A stretch of DNA of 64,000 nucleotides, taken from assembly GCA_039621445.1 (NCBI GenBank), contig CP154954.1, positions 23,262,954-23,326,953 on the forward strand. The letters are read 5' to 3'. The DNA comes from Euglena gracilis. Its lineage: Eukaryota. A program made the translations under genes and the position numbers. This document shows positions 1 to 12,050 of this stretch, one piece after another (position 1 is the stretch's first letter; the number at the start of each line of letters is the position of its first letter). The notes beneath the pieces are model-generated. The model ran no database searches, had not been told where the DNA came from, and saw only the letters and a list, made by a program, of their open reading frames with translations.

Positions 1-1448
1 TTTGTTGGTGGCAGCGGGGACATTCCGGCAAGGAGCCATCTGTCGTTGCGGGGCAAACTTGGCATCCCAAGGACCACTGAGGCAGGGCTCTGAATTCTGC
101 CGGTGGGATGAGGGTCTTCAGGGGGGCGGAGGGGTTGACCGCTGCACACGCCATGGCGTGCGGCCTCCGCTGGCATGCGAAACGGACCGCGTCATTTCCA
201 ACAAGGCCAGCCAAAAGCAGGTCCGCCCGGACCTTGAGGACCTCATCTGTCCACCACTTTTGTCTCACCATTGAGGGAGACAGGGAACTCACCTTGCTCG
301 CGTCCGTTAGGAGGTCACCCACAGGCGCCACCCCTTTGGTAAGGCCCGAGATCACCAAGCCCGTCTCTCCGTAATCCCGTGGGAGCTGGGGGCAACCCTC
401 GGGTAGGCGCAGAGTGCTATCCGCTCGTGAGAGGAAGTCAAGGATGGCTGCCCACCTTGCCGGTGCTCTGGATACCTCTGGGTCTCGGATCCCGAGCCCC
501 CCCAGGCGGACTGGCAGGGAGGCTTGTGCCCACTGTTTATCGTCCAGCGGGCGAGCGGTGATGACGGACATTGTGTCCCGAAGGAGAGTGGCAAAGGAAT
601 GGCATGGCGCCTTGGCTCCCGAGAGTGGTTCGAAGCAGGTCGTTTACTTTACGTGCATCAAGAAATGGCCTGAGCACCGTGAACTGTAGGTGCGGCGACG
701 GCAGCAATTGCAGCAGGTCACACGCTTTCCGGACTCCCGAGAGGCGCTCCTCCCAAAGGACAGTGGTAAAGTCCGGGCGTCCTGCCGGGTGGCAGACGGG
801 CACTCCGAGCGCACGGATGCCAGAGCCGGGTGTGAAAGGTTCCACTGGGATGCCTTGAAGCAGGCCTTCTCCACGAGCAACAAATGCAGGCCCCCAGAGT
901 TTACACTTTGTCAGGTTGAGTCCCACACCAATCTGTGGTCCCTCGTTCAGGATCAGCCGTACTGCCCTTTCGAGCTGTTCCTGCGTGCCCATGATGTGGG
1001 CATCCTCCAGGTACCAGGCTTGCCAGCCCACGATACCTTGCAGCTTGTCCAAGAGGGACTGTATCCCGAGGGCAAAGGCAGCCGGCCCATACCGGTCCCC
1101 TTGTTGCACACCGGACTTGCTTCGGAGTGACGTTTTTCCGAGATACAACTGAGAATGGCGGGCGTAACAACTCTCCAACCATGGAAGCAGCGGGGGGCAT
1201 CGCTCAGCGACTTCTGCCAGCAAATTGTCTCGAGAGATGCAGTTGAATGCGTTTGAAAAATACAGCTGGAGCAGTCCCCAATCTGCCTTTCCAACATGAG
1301 ACAGGCCGTCCACTAGCTGCTGGATACCCATTCCTATCAGAGCACATGCATCAGGTACGCCCACTCCCAGTTGCTGAGGTAGGGCTGTGGCCAGCGACCG
1401 ACGGACCTCCGGGTGACACATTAGCACTTTCGCCACCAGGCGGCGCAG
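1..1448 (-). pseudogene. CRE/SLACS-like non-LTR retrotransposon RT region, decayed; truncated by an LTR at 1449 and running off the window edge
   Basis: ORF 537-1556 has RT motifs (FSNAFN, GVQQGD, WYLED where YLDD is expected, GLNLTKC). After a frameshift near 600 it continues QASLPVRLGGLGIRDP...ALPQWSLG...CPRCH, collinear with the copy at 19707-21695. Confidence 0.9.
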
Positions 1449-1817
1449 TGTACGTCCCACCCCGGCTTTTCTACTTATGCTTTCCTCCCGAAAAGCCCTT
1501 GGTTGGAGTAACAATAAAATTTGCTTCCCTTTTCCCCTTTTGAATGCAAAGCACACAAGCAGAAGAATTTGTGGGACCGCAGTCCCTTATATGAAAGTGA
1601 CTTTTGCTCTTTCGAGCTTTGTAAAAGAAAGAAATAAAACTTGTATTCAAATGGGACTTCGCCCTCAGAATTCTAAGCTTTCGCTAGCTCTGAGATTCTC
1701 TCTTTGTCTTATGGTTTAACCATGCCACTGTGTACAGCCCGGCCGTAGCCAGCTTGTAGGCCGTAGCCCATTGTATCTGGTACACAGTGCCATGGCAGAA
1801 TGGCTGCCTGGTACACA
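1449..1817 (-). repeat. 3' LTR (369 bp)
   Basis: Direct repeat of 18602-19030 with TG...CA termini (plus strand TGTACG...GTACACA). Confidence 0.93.
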
Positions 1818-1827
1818 TCCCCCTCCC
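1818..1827 (-). promoter_or_regulatory. Polypurine tract (GGGAGGGGGA)
   Basis: Purine run on the minus strand abutting the 3' LTR. Confidence 0.9.
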
Positions 1828-2051
1828 AGGGCTCTGCCCGATTTCCCATCTGGACCAGGCCAGTCGGGATGCCAGGCACAGTCCCAGGTTCAGGGAGACA
1901 GTACCAGGATACCATGGTCTGGTTCCCAATTATGGTTACCGTGTTTGGAGCACAAAGCGCAAAAGAATTCTGGCGCGCATGCTGTGCTTCGTGTGTCTTT
2001 TTACTTGACACCGTAGTGTCTTTGTGGTCTTCAATCTTCGCGATCAACGTG

Positions 2052-3455
2052 TTATCCACCAAACTTAAGGCGATTCCGCCATTGTGTCTTGAAACGGTGT
2101 TGAACGCGATGATGAAGTGCGTATTCACGCTCGAGACTTCGCCCATTATGCGGTACTACCCATCTCAGCCGTAGCTGATTGTATGATGTAGGAAATCCTC
2201 AACGTTTGCGGGTTTCCTTGAAGTACTCACCCATGTGTGGGTCTTGTACCAAGGTCATTTCGGTTGGACGTAGGTCTAGAGTATCCTTGTCAGGATCATC
2301 CGTGTTGATCCGTGGGATAACCCAACTTTTGACTTCTTGTATTTCCTTGGGCAGTTCGGTTTTGAGCATTTCAGCTCGCTTGTGGAGGTACATCTGCAAG
2401 TTTTCCCAGAAAACTCTCGGAAAAGTTGCAGGCCACATGTAATAGTTCCATCTTGGATGGTGTGCTGGTACCTGTGGTGGCATTCCAGGCAGAGCGTTGA
2501 AATCAACGTTATGCGCGCGGGATGCACAGGTACAGCGGGTTATGTGTGGTTTCAGAATGGTTCCAACCCATTCTGAGTAATGTTCGTAACCATGTCGTTC
2601 AGGTGGATAGTCGGGCAATAACCATCGTTGTGTGGTTTCAGAAACTGTTGAAGGCTTTGTAAAGAGTGGGTAAATGACTCGTTTCCAGTCATCATCATTG
2701 AAGAGTAAGGGCAATCGCGCTTTTGTACATTCCACAGCAAGTCTGATTCCGCCGGAATCAGTTTGGAAGTCATAGGCGATTCCGCCGCGGTCAAAAGCCT
2801 CAGCTTTCTTGAAGCTTTTGTGTTGGTACATTTGTCGTTTTGTTTTGTAAAAATTAAGGAAATCTTCCAGAACGTCCTCGCTTCCGGGTACGATCTTGAG
2901 ATTTCCACCATCTGCGGGCAAATATATGTCTGCCCGTAGGCAGTTGACACAGAAAACTGGTACGTCACGGTCTCTGTCCTCTTCCGACCAACGGAAGTTG
3001 TTCAGTTTTCTCCAGGCGATGACGCAATCACCGCAAATCAAAGCGGCTGTATTTGGAACGAATTCGTTGTGGTGAAAATTTTTCCGTTTGTTGTCCGCAT
3101 AACAGACATGCACAGCTGGCATGCTGTTACGAATGTTGTGACAAACAGTACAGAGCCAGGTTGTTTGACCATTCGGTCTATTGTCAAACAAGAATGTTTC
3201 CCCAAGGTATTGGGCAAACACTCTTGGTGATCTGGCATTGTAGAATAGCCAAATATGGCGAACATAATAGTTGTACTTCTGTTCATTGAAAAACAATGGT
3301 TCAATCCACTTGTTCAAAAAAAGACCGCGTTCGCGGGCTGATTGTATCATGGCAATGCGTTCTTCGACGCTCGGCAGGATAGAGATGATGTTCTCTTGCC
3401 AAAGAGTGGCATTATCGTCAACGGGCATGTTTTCCTCTTGCGAGGTCTCAGACAT
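2052..3455 (-). CDS. Accessory Cys/His-rich protein of the LTR element (418 aa plus ~48 aa in frame after a probable premature TGA at 2199)
   Basis: Globular-looking ORF with CTVCH, HVC, CGDC, CVNC and CTC..H. The frame reads on past TGA as GFPTSYNQLRLRWVVPH...FGG* to 2052. Confidence 0.7.
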
Positions 3456-3459
3456 TGTA

Positions 3460-6400
3460 CCTTGTCGAGTTCTACCTCGGAGGGTAGAAGTGACCCGGCT
3501 TTTCTCGGCGACTTGGCCATATGTTGGTGCTGGTGTGGTAGCATCTGGGGTCTTCGCCCGCTTTCCTGCTTTGCTACCACTCCCAGGAGGTGGAGGTGGT
3601 TTTGGTTCGTTGTGTCGTTCAGCGGGTTTGCACGGTTCTGCAGGCTGTGGTTTAGCCTTAGGCTTACTGCCTTTCTCTTTCCGCTGTGGCGGAAGGAGAC
3701 TGCAGGTTTGACCGTTGGTGTGGTGGTAGGTGGTACGTCAGGAGCCGTCGGTACCACCTGTTCAGGTGTGTGTACCACTACGGGTGTTGTGTCATGTGGT
3801 GGCGTTTGTTCGACCGTAGTCGATTCAGTTGTTGTCACCACTTCGGGTGTTTGGACATCAGGAGTAGAGCTGGCCGCGTCTGCTGCCAGTGCTGTGGTGG
3901 AAGCCGTAGCTTCTTGTGTTGGTTTCTCTCCAAGTCCCGTGTCACGGGGACTTCGCGTTGAAGAAGAAGACCTCGATCGCACCATTGCAACCATCGAGGC
4001 TACGCCACTTCGGACGCTTCCGAGGACGCGTTCTGCAGCGCGTCCAACTTGTGGTGGTATGAGTATAAAATCGTCTGGGTCTTGGTATCTGTCGATACCT
4101 TCTCGTTGTTGTCGCGTGATCAGTTTGCGAAATGCGATTATCTCAGCATCAGTTACTTCGTGTACAGCTTTCAGCGTGTGCGGGAGTAGGTGGAACCACT
4201 TCTGTCGAAGGCACTGCGGCCGTTGTGGAATCTGCAGGCACTTCGGCCATTGTAAATTCTGCAGGCGCGTCAGGTTACGCGTCTGGCAATGGTGTTTGTG
4301 AACGTGTTTGAGCAGGCGTTGTAGTTGGCACTTCGGCCCTTAGAGCATGTTGTACGCCGGTATCTTCCGGTTCAGACTCCACAGATGCGGAGGAGACGGA
4401 ACGTGTACTGTGTTCATTGTCTGTCCGTTCTTCCATTTCCTCATCGCTGGATGTCCCAGAAGAGGAAACGGACGAAGAGTCTGAAGAGTGTGCGGGAGTG
4501 TGTTCCACAGACATTGTAGGTGTAGGTGGAGGTTGTGGCAAACGTTCTTCCGAACGTTTGGTTGCAGGCTTCGCTGCTGCTTTGGCTGTTAACGTTGTAG
4601 ATGATGCAGCCGCTGGAGGTTGTTCAACTGCAGACTGCGCTGCTTCGGACTCCGCCGGCTGAGGTTCAGGGAGTTTTATACGTGGTCGCAGACGGAAATT
4701 TTGCCATCCGACAAATTTGTTTCCTCCCGATCCGCGAGGAAGCCAGTCCAGTAGTGGGATGGCCACCCATCCTTATTTGTACGTCTGCCTTTGAAAAATG
4801 GGGCAAAGTCCTCCCTTCGGAGGGTTTCGCCAAACAGGCGTTTGATGTACTTCCGTTTTCCGTCTTCGTCCCATTCAGGTCGAAGAGGGAGGTATTCTTG
4901 TGGGAGTTGTTGTTTTGGGTTGAATAAATTGTAGATTTCCAGAGCATAGGACACCCATGCTCTCCATTGGAACGTCTGCCTGTGCAGAAGCATTTGTCGG
5001 TGGTTTCGTCTGGCGTATCCGATTTCCCTGACTTCGAGGGGATTGTGGCAGATGTGTCCAAGTAGTCTTCGTTGTTGCTGGGCCTCCGCCCATTCGCGTT
5101 GGTGGGGCTGCGCCGTTTGTGCGTTTGGGCGGTCGGTTGTCCGACCGCGCTCACCAAATCCCCAGAAGTCCACGGGGAACTTGTGGTGGCAGTGGGTGCA
5201 ACAAAGCACGATTTTTGTGGGTATGTCAGGTCGATTCCGACCACTTGGAAGTGGGGGCCGTAGTGTACGTTGAGGAAAATTTGGTAGTTGTAACAGAACA
5301 TTTCGTGTGTCACCAATTGTATATCCTTTGGAAGTGGGAATACTTCCCATTGTATGCCTTGTGGTCTGATTTCTCGGATATTGTCAAACATTGTCTTCAG
5401 TGCGTCAAGGGACGATTCCCATCCGTATTGTAACTTTGGATGTGGCAAGTAGTGCGCTTGGCTGGCGGGCATTGCAAATGAACCGAAGTTCATGCAATGG
5501 AATCCGAGCCAAAAAAGTAGTTGCCAGAAACCCGGCAAATTGTCGATGCCATCCTGGCTTTCGTAACAGGAAATTGTACCGTCGAAGAAAAAGCCACGCG
5601 CTTTTTCATTGTAGAGTTTGACCATGTTGTGATGTACTTCAGGAGCAACCACCCAAGGGTGTTGTTCCTCGTAATACTTATGCATAATTGTATCACATCC
5701 GTCTGAGATCCAGAACAGATGGTCAATCATAAATTGTACGTCCAGGTCGTAACCCGGTTGTGAGCCTTCGCTCTTTCCTTTGCCTTTCTGGCCTTTCTGT
5801 CCTTTTGCGACTTCGCGCTCTTGTTCGTTCCAACGGTATGCACCGTCTTTTCGGTATGCTCTTGTTTTTCTCCACATTGTAACAGTTACACCTGCGGTGT
5901 AATGTCCAGCGATGTCATCAGAGGGTTTGTCTGGTCGCATTTGGTGATAGATTTCTTGTAAGGAATGTTGAACATTGGACGGGATCGGCAGGTCATCATT
6001 GTCCTGACGATCACGTTGCGCCTGCGCGCTTTGTGGATCGTCGTCCAAACGACGGCGTGGTGTGTCTGGCGTTGGACGTGTTTGTGGTGGTGTTGCAAAC
6101 TCCGGTCCACGCGGACGTTTGCGCGCGTCAACGTTGTATTGTTTTGCTGGGGCCGTCAAATGTTGTAGAGCTTCCTTGTAAGTGGCGCGTTGTGCTGGCG
6201 ACTCAAACCTGGGTTGACCCGAGAAAGGTTGTCCCGGTTCAACAGGTAGTTGTGTCTGTCCAGCCGAAGCCGGTTGTGAAGGTGTTGTGACAGGAGGTGG
6301 TCGAACAGGAATTGTAGGTTGTGCGGGTACTTTTGCACGTGCCGACTGCGCGGCTTGAGCAGGGGGTCCTGTTCTTTGTATAGGTGTAGGTTGGTTTGAA

Positions 6401-8067
6401 CCTGCTGCTGATGCGGCAGGTGGTGTAGATGTTGATTGTGCAGTCGAAACTGCTTGTACCGGTTTTGTTTGTGGTGCCGGAGTAGGTTGAGCTACTGGCG
6501 GCACAAGATTCGTCGCCGAAGCGAGTTGTTCCATTGGACCAGGTGGATGTGGTGGTGCATTCACACGCAAAACTTCAGGTAGTGCCCAGGTGGGTAAACC
6601 CAAAATTTTTGAATTTGGACCAATGCCATCCATTATCACTCCTTTCACGTTGATGGCTCCCAAATGGGATCCAAGTTCGTAAATTTTGTCAAGGGGAAGA
6701 TATTGTTCTCCTTTGGATGTGTGAGCGAAATCCGCAGATTGTGGTACTCGCTCATAGTGAATATTGTCCACTACGGGACGCAGGGGGTTTTCCCCGACAA
6801 CCCGTATCGCTGTCGGTTCCGGCAGTGGTACGGTGGGGGTTGTCGGTGGTTGCGGTTGAGATTGTGCCGATGGTTGAGCTTGTACGGGTTGTGGTGGTTG
6901 AGGGGCCGGTTGAGGTGGTTCGTCAGTTTCCATGGTATACTCCGGCTCTGGTTCTGCCGTTGTATACTCGTCATAAGGCTCTTCGGCCATCCTGTCGGTA
7001 TGGTTTTCATCGTATGGCTCTTCGGCCTGCATGGCGTATTGTGATGGCATACCAGCCTCCCAGTTCCGGGCAGGTGGCATGCGTGGGGGAGAGGAAAAAC
7101 GTTGTTGTGGTAAGTATATTGGTTCTTGCATTTGTACATCACCCATCTCACTTTCTGTGAGTTCAGGAGTATAACGGCGCATGTGTTCCGCGTAAGCACC
7201 CACTGGGTGCACTCCGCGGAGCACAGGCGGGACCAGGACTCCCAGGTCCCTGAGGGTTACGTTGTCTGGAAATCCGGATTCTCTGGGTTGGAAGAAGTTT
7301 CTACCCGCTATCGTACTCTGGGACCACATGTCCCAGGTGGCGATAGGCTTGTTGGCGATTGCAAGCAATTGCCGGCAGTACGAATCCCACATCACTCGGA
7401 TGAAGGGATCCGGTCTGTCCTCTGCGCACATGCGCAGAGCGTTACGAATTGTATCTGTTGAAGCCGTTGTCAGTTCACCCATGTATTTGGGGAACCGAGG
7501 CATAACGGGAGCGGCATGGTGCCTTTGTGGGGGTTCTGGTTGTGTGGCATACTGCCCTTGTGGGGGTTGTGTGGGGTAATAGTGACTACGTAGTTGTTCA
7601 GCCCATTGTCGTTGTTCCGATTGTATATATTGTTGTTCTACCGCCGCAAAAGCAGCGCGTTGGCTACTGCTACTAGGCAGATCGTATCTCCTCGGGGGCC
7701 GCGGTTGCGGCACCGCAAACTGTTCATAGGCAGATTCCGTTTGTTGTGGAATCATAGGTTGAGATTGTATGCCACCAAGTGTCGTTTGTTCTGGAGTAAC
7801 ATGCGGAACCGCATGTTGAGTCAGAGGGGGATTTGCCACTACGGGCCTTGCTGCCGGAGCAGCTTGTAACGGAGGGGCTGCCACTACGGGCCTTGCTGCC
7901 GAAGCAGCTTGTACATGCCGACCGGGGACTTGCTCTCCACGAGGGAGTGCAAGTCCTGGTCCTCCCGAAGGAGGTTGTGGGTGAGGGGGTCCTCCCGTAG
8001 GAGGTTGTCCAGGGGGAACATACGGTTGGGAGGATGGAGGACCAGGTCCCCTTCCTCCAGCATCCAT
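3460..8067 (-). CDS. Large accessory ORF: Pro/Gln/Thr-rich regions flanking a globular core; probably one frameshifted gene
   Basis: ORF 4666-8352, likely true start ATG 8067 (MDAGGRGPG). Continuation frames are 4676-5350 (CCTHCHH...), 4275-4766 and 3347-3994. Confidence 0.65.
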
Positions 8068-8068
8068 C

Positions 8069-8135
8069 CTGAAAAAAAAAGCAAATAGTAGTAAGTACTG
8101 AGCTGTGGGGAAACAGAGAAATAAGGCATTGTACG
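8069..8135 (-). promoter_or_regulatory. Putative splice acceptor (polypyrimidine tract plus CAG) just upstream of the accessory ORF ATG
   Basis: Minus strand reads ttgc-(T)9-CAG|G-ATG, with AG at 8070-8069 and ATG at 8067. Confidence 0.65.
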
Positions 8136-8368
8136 GTAACATTGTACGCATGCAACCAAGTGTACAGAAACACAAAAATAATTGCATGTTTGCAATAATT
8201 GTAAAATCAAAATTGTAGCTCCGAGTGTAAAAATGGATTGTATAGGACCGCAGTCCTTTAGCGAAAAGTCCTTCGCTAGGGACAAAATGGTTTGGCATCC
8301 GCCCATTATACATTTTGTCAAAAGTCCAAGCTATGGACAAAATCTTGGACATCTTTGTATATCCTCCC

Positions 8369-9780
8369 TTAGAAGGTATTTACAGAAATGTCAATGTTGT
8401 TTCGTTTGTTCCATAGCTTCCAGTCTTGTTGGATGTAACCAACAAAACTAGTTGCTGGTTCCCAAGTGTCCTCTTCGGAACCATATCCTTTCCATCTCAC
8501 CTTCCAGTAATGTATACCTCTGTCTACTTTGTGGTCGAGGATTTTGTCAACGACAAAATCATCTGTCTCAGGCAGTTTTGACCGTGGTTTGAAGTAGAGA
8601 CAGGGTATTGCTTTACCGTTTGGTGGAGTCAGGTATGGTTTGAAGTCATCCATGTGCACATCCTCGACACCGTTGGGTAAAGCGACTTTGTAGCGCCCAC
8701 TTGTACCCAACCGATCGAGGATCTCACATGGTCCCATCCAGAGGGGGTCCAACTTCGTGGATTGCATGTGGGTTCTACTGTTCCGAACCCACACGCGGTC
8801 ACCTGGGTTGTATATCGGTGATTTGTAAGCTTGTAAGAATTGTCTTTGTTTTTGTAAGTGTATAGCGACTACGCGCTTTTGCACATCCGTGCGCAATGAT
8901 TCTACTTCAGAGAACCATGTTTCGCAACTCACGCTAGAACGAGCAGGTCGTTCTGACGGGATGTCGCCAATGGCTGGGGGGTCTCGTCCGAAGACGATTT
9001 TGTACGGTGAGTATTGTAATATCAGACCCGGTAAAGTGTTGACATAAAATAAACACCAGGGTAATACTTGTAGCCAGGCATTGTGCGACTCGGCCAGTGA
9101 AAGTCGTAGCATGTTGACTACAGCTTTCACTGCCGCTTCCGCGCGACCATTGCCTTTTTGGACGATAAGTGATAGAAAAATGTTCCTCAACTCCGAGTAA
9201 ACCGCAAAGAGTTGTAAAAAATCGAGAAGAAATCAAATGGTCTTGATCACTCACGATTTCATTCGGTAAACCCATGAGGCAAATGCATCTTTCTAAAAAC
9301 ATTTGTGCTAAAACTTGTGCTGTCAATCCTGCTTTCTGGCATGGAATGGCTACAATGTACCCACTCAGCCGACAGACGACAACAAGAACGTAATCGTAAA
9401 TGTTGTCATCTGTTCCTTTGCAAGGTTCAAGTTCCAGAAAGTCCATGCAGAGGGATGTAAAAATGTCATTTGGTACGGGGAAGAAGTCCATCGTACCAGG
9501 GGGGTTACCTCTGCGCGGTTTCACAGCTTGACAAATTTGGAACCTTTGCGAAATTTGTAAACAGCGCTTATACAGATCTTTTTCGGTCAGGGTTGTACAG
9601 TACCTGCGACCCACCAAAGAAAGAAGTTTGGGGGCCCCAGGGTGACCTTGGTTGTGATAACATAAAAGTACGTCATCAACCAAGTCACAGGTATGCAGTA
9701 CTTGTAACCGGTATCATTCCGAAAAATGAAACGTAAAGGCGATAAGGTATAATTCTCAACCAATTCACCATTACGCAATC
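8369..9780 (-). pseudogene. Integrase (HHCC remnant, DDE core, GPY/F motif) with C-terminal chromodomain; frameshifted
   Basis: HNQGHPG, SLCMDFL, IVSDQD, NGRAE, WMGPCEI and VDKILDHK...[18 protein letters not shown] across ORFs 8934-9683 and 8369-9190. Confidence 0.93.
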
Positions 9781-9827
9781 TTTGTACGACGTCATTGTAA
9801 AAATCATCTTTGGAATAATCCCATTCT

Positions 9828-11560
9828 CTAAAAAAAAGAGGGGATGGGGATTCGGATCGCGTGACCCGGCGGGTGCCCGGCTTTCTGCCGCGTTGTCGTT
9901 TTTCCCCGTACGGGGGCTACCGGCGTCCGCCGCCAAATCCGCGAGACCCGAAAACTGTCAAGTAGGTTGTCAGCGGCGTCTGCGCGCCTTGCATATTCGT
10001 CGGCTTCGCGACTTCCGTGGAACGTGGCATCACCCTCGTCAGGGTTACCAGGGTAATGCCAGGGTGCACGTGAAAGTGGGTCAGCAACTTTTTGAGTATG
10101 ACCTGGTGTGTCAACTACCACCAGGTTGAATTGACTCAAAAATTCGTGCCATCGGCATCTTCGGCCAACTGAGGACATGGCTTTGTTTAAGTCTTCGGTG
10201 TACCAGTGTTGGAGAGACTCGTGGTCTGTCAACACTAGTATTTGTACGAGTGAACTGGCGACCCAACTTCGGAATTTTTGTAGGATAAGGACAATGACAT
10301 ACGTCTCCTTTTCTCGTATGCTCCGTTTGACTTGTCCTTTTCCATCTTCACCCTGTAGCTTTCTGCTGAAGAATGCTACAGGGCGCAGTTCATTGGACGA
10401 GTTATTTTGACTCAACACGCCGCCGACAGCATAGTCGCTGCTGTCGACCTCCAGTACGTATGGTTTGTACGGGTCGGCAATGTCAAGTACAACGTTGTCC
10501 AACATCAGTTGTTTAATTGTCGTTAGCGATTCTCGCATTGTATCATCCCATTGTATCTTTGTATTGTCAGGAGCGCGATTTTTGAGTTGTCGCGTCAGTG
10601 GTACCGCAATTTTCGCGAAATCCTTCATGTAAATCGCGTAATACTGCGCTAAACCCAAAAATCCTTTAAAATGGGAGATTGTCTTGATGTTTTCAGGTGT
10701 CCACTTCTTTATAGCTCCGAGTTTGCTTGGAGATGCTCTCCTTTGTACGTTATTAAGAATGTGTCCACAAAATTTTATCGTTTCGCGAAACAAATGCATT
10801 TTTGCACCCTTGACGAAAAGCAAATGTTTTTGGAACGTTGTCAGAACGGAACGTATATCGCGGTAGTGAATATCAAGGATATCACTACCCGAATTTGTAA
10901 GTGGAGGAGGTGTGCCAATCAGCACGTCATCAATGTATACCATTGCAAACGGTAAGTCTCGTAAAATCCATTGTATCATTCTTTGGAACATGGCTGGGCC
11001 ATTCTTAACACCCATTGGTAACACCGTCCATTGGTAAACTCCGCGGGAGGTTACGAATGCGGTGTATGGTTGTGAGTCAGGGTGTAGGTGCATCTGGTGA
11101 AAACCATCCTCTAAGTCGAAAATCGACCAGAGGCGGTTTTCCGCTTGTTTTGTAATCAGGTCTTCGATAAGTGGTAACGGAAATGGATCGTCTTTTGTCT
11201 GTGAGTTCAAGTATCGGTAATCCAGCACAAGTCTCCACTTCTTCTCTCCAGAAGCATCGGGAGGCTTGGGTACAACAAAAGCTTGTGAGGTCCATTCGCT
11301 TTTGGATGGTATGATCCATTTTCGTTCAATCAGTTTTTCGATCATTGTATTGAGAGCTTGTTCTCTTTCGCCTGAACAGCGAAAGAATTTTCGGTGCATG
11401 GGCTGTGCACCTTCTTTGAGTTCGATCTTACAGACACCAAAAGGTCCGCGAATTGCAGGATCTATGTCATGGGCATAGATAGGATGTTCTAAAACATCAC
11501 TGAATTCGCGATTGATCTTTGTACATGGTTCTTGTGATTTGGGATGTTGACCACCGCTTT
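9828..11560 (-). CDS. Ty3/gypsy reverse transcriptase and RNase H
   Basis: KWRLVLDYRYLN, FDLEDGFHQ, LPMGVKNGP, VYIDDVLI, FLGLAQYY, EVDSSDYAVGGVL, LTDHESL. Confidence 0.96.
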
Positions 11561-11639
11561 CTATCACTGCGGATAGTTGGTATTTCTGGTCATTCTGACC
11601 TTTATCCTGTAGGAATTTGTCAGTGTGGTCAACAGTTCC

Positions 11640-12050
11640 GAATGCATCAAAGAAACAAACACGAAAATGATTTATTTCAATGGTGGTAACATGACACCGC
11701 AAAAATCTTCGAACAAAGGGGTGTCATTCGGTAAATCCCATCACTGAAAAGTGACATACGTCAATTGTTGGAACCATTCCGCTTCGGGATTTATAGGAAT
11801 CAGTAGCACACCGCGTGCTTGATCCCGAAGGATCTTGTCAACGACAAGAGGGATAAGTTTCAGAGGTGGATGTAGCCACAGGACCACATCACCCCAAAAA
11901 CTTATCAAACGCATTTGTATGGCTTGACCAGTAATTGGGTAAACGAGAATGTGCTTTGGACGAAAATGCGTCAATCTCCAATTGTAGGTCCATCGACTTC
12001 GCGATTTGTGCGATTTTGGAAAACCAAGTTTCCAAAATGCGGTATTGTCC
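11640..12050 (-). pseudogene. Dam-like (phage/DIRS-type) N6-adenine DNA methyltransferase domain within pol
   Basis: Joining frames across a T-run at 11896-11900 gives QYRILETWF...LEIDAFSSKAHSRLPNYWSSHTNAFDKFWGDVVLWLHPPLKLIPLVVDKILRDQARGVLLIPINPEAEWFQQL. Confidence 0.8.

Noticed and set aside
1449-1556. N-terminus of ORF 537-1556 as the real RT start
   Set aside because: It is LTR sequence fused by chance in frame to the truncated CRE RT.
3342-4301. 319-aa plus-strand ORF
   Set aside because: Antisense shadow of the Thr/Pro-rich minus-strand accessory ORF.
8068-8352. Hydrophobic N-terminal 95 aa of the 1228-aa ORF as a signal or membrane segment (env)
   Set aside because: It is the translation of a T-rich spacer and polypyrimidine tract; composition changes sharply at ATG 8067.
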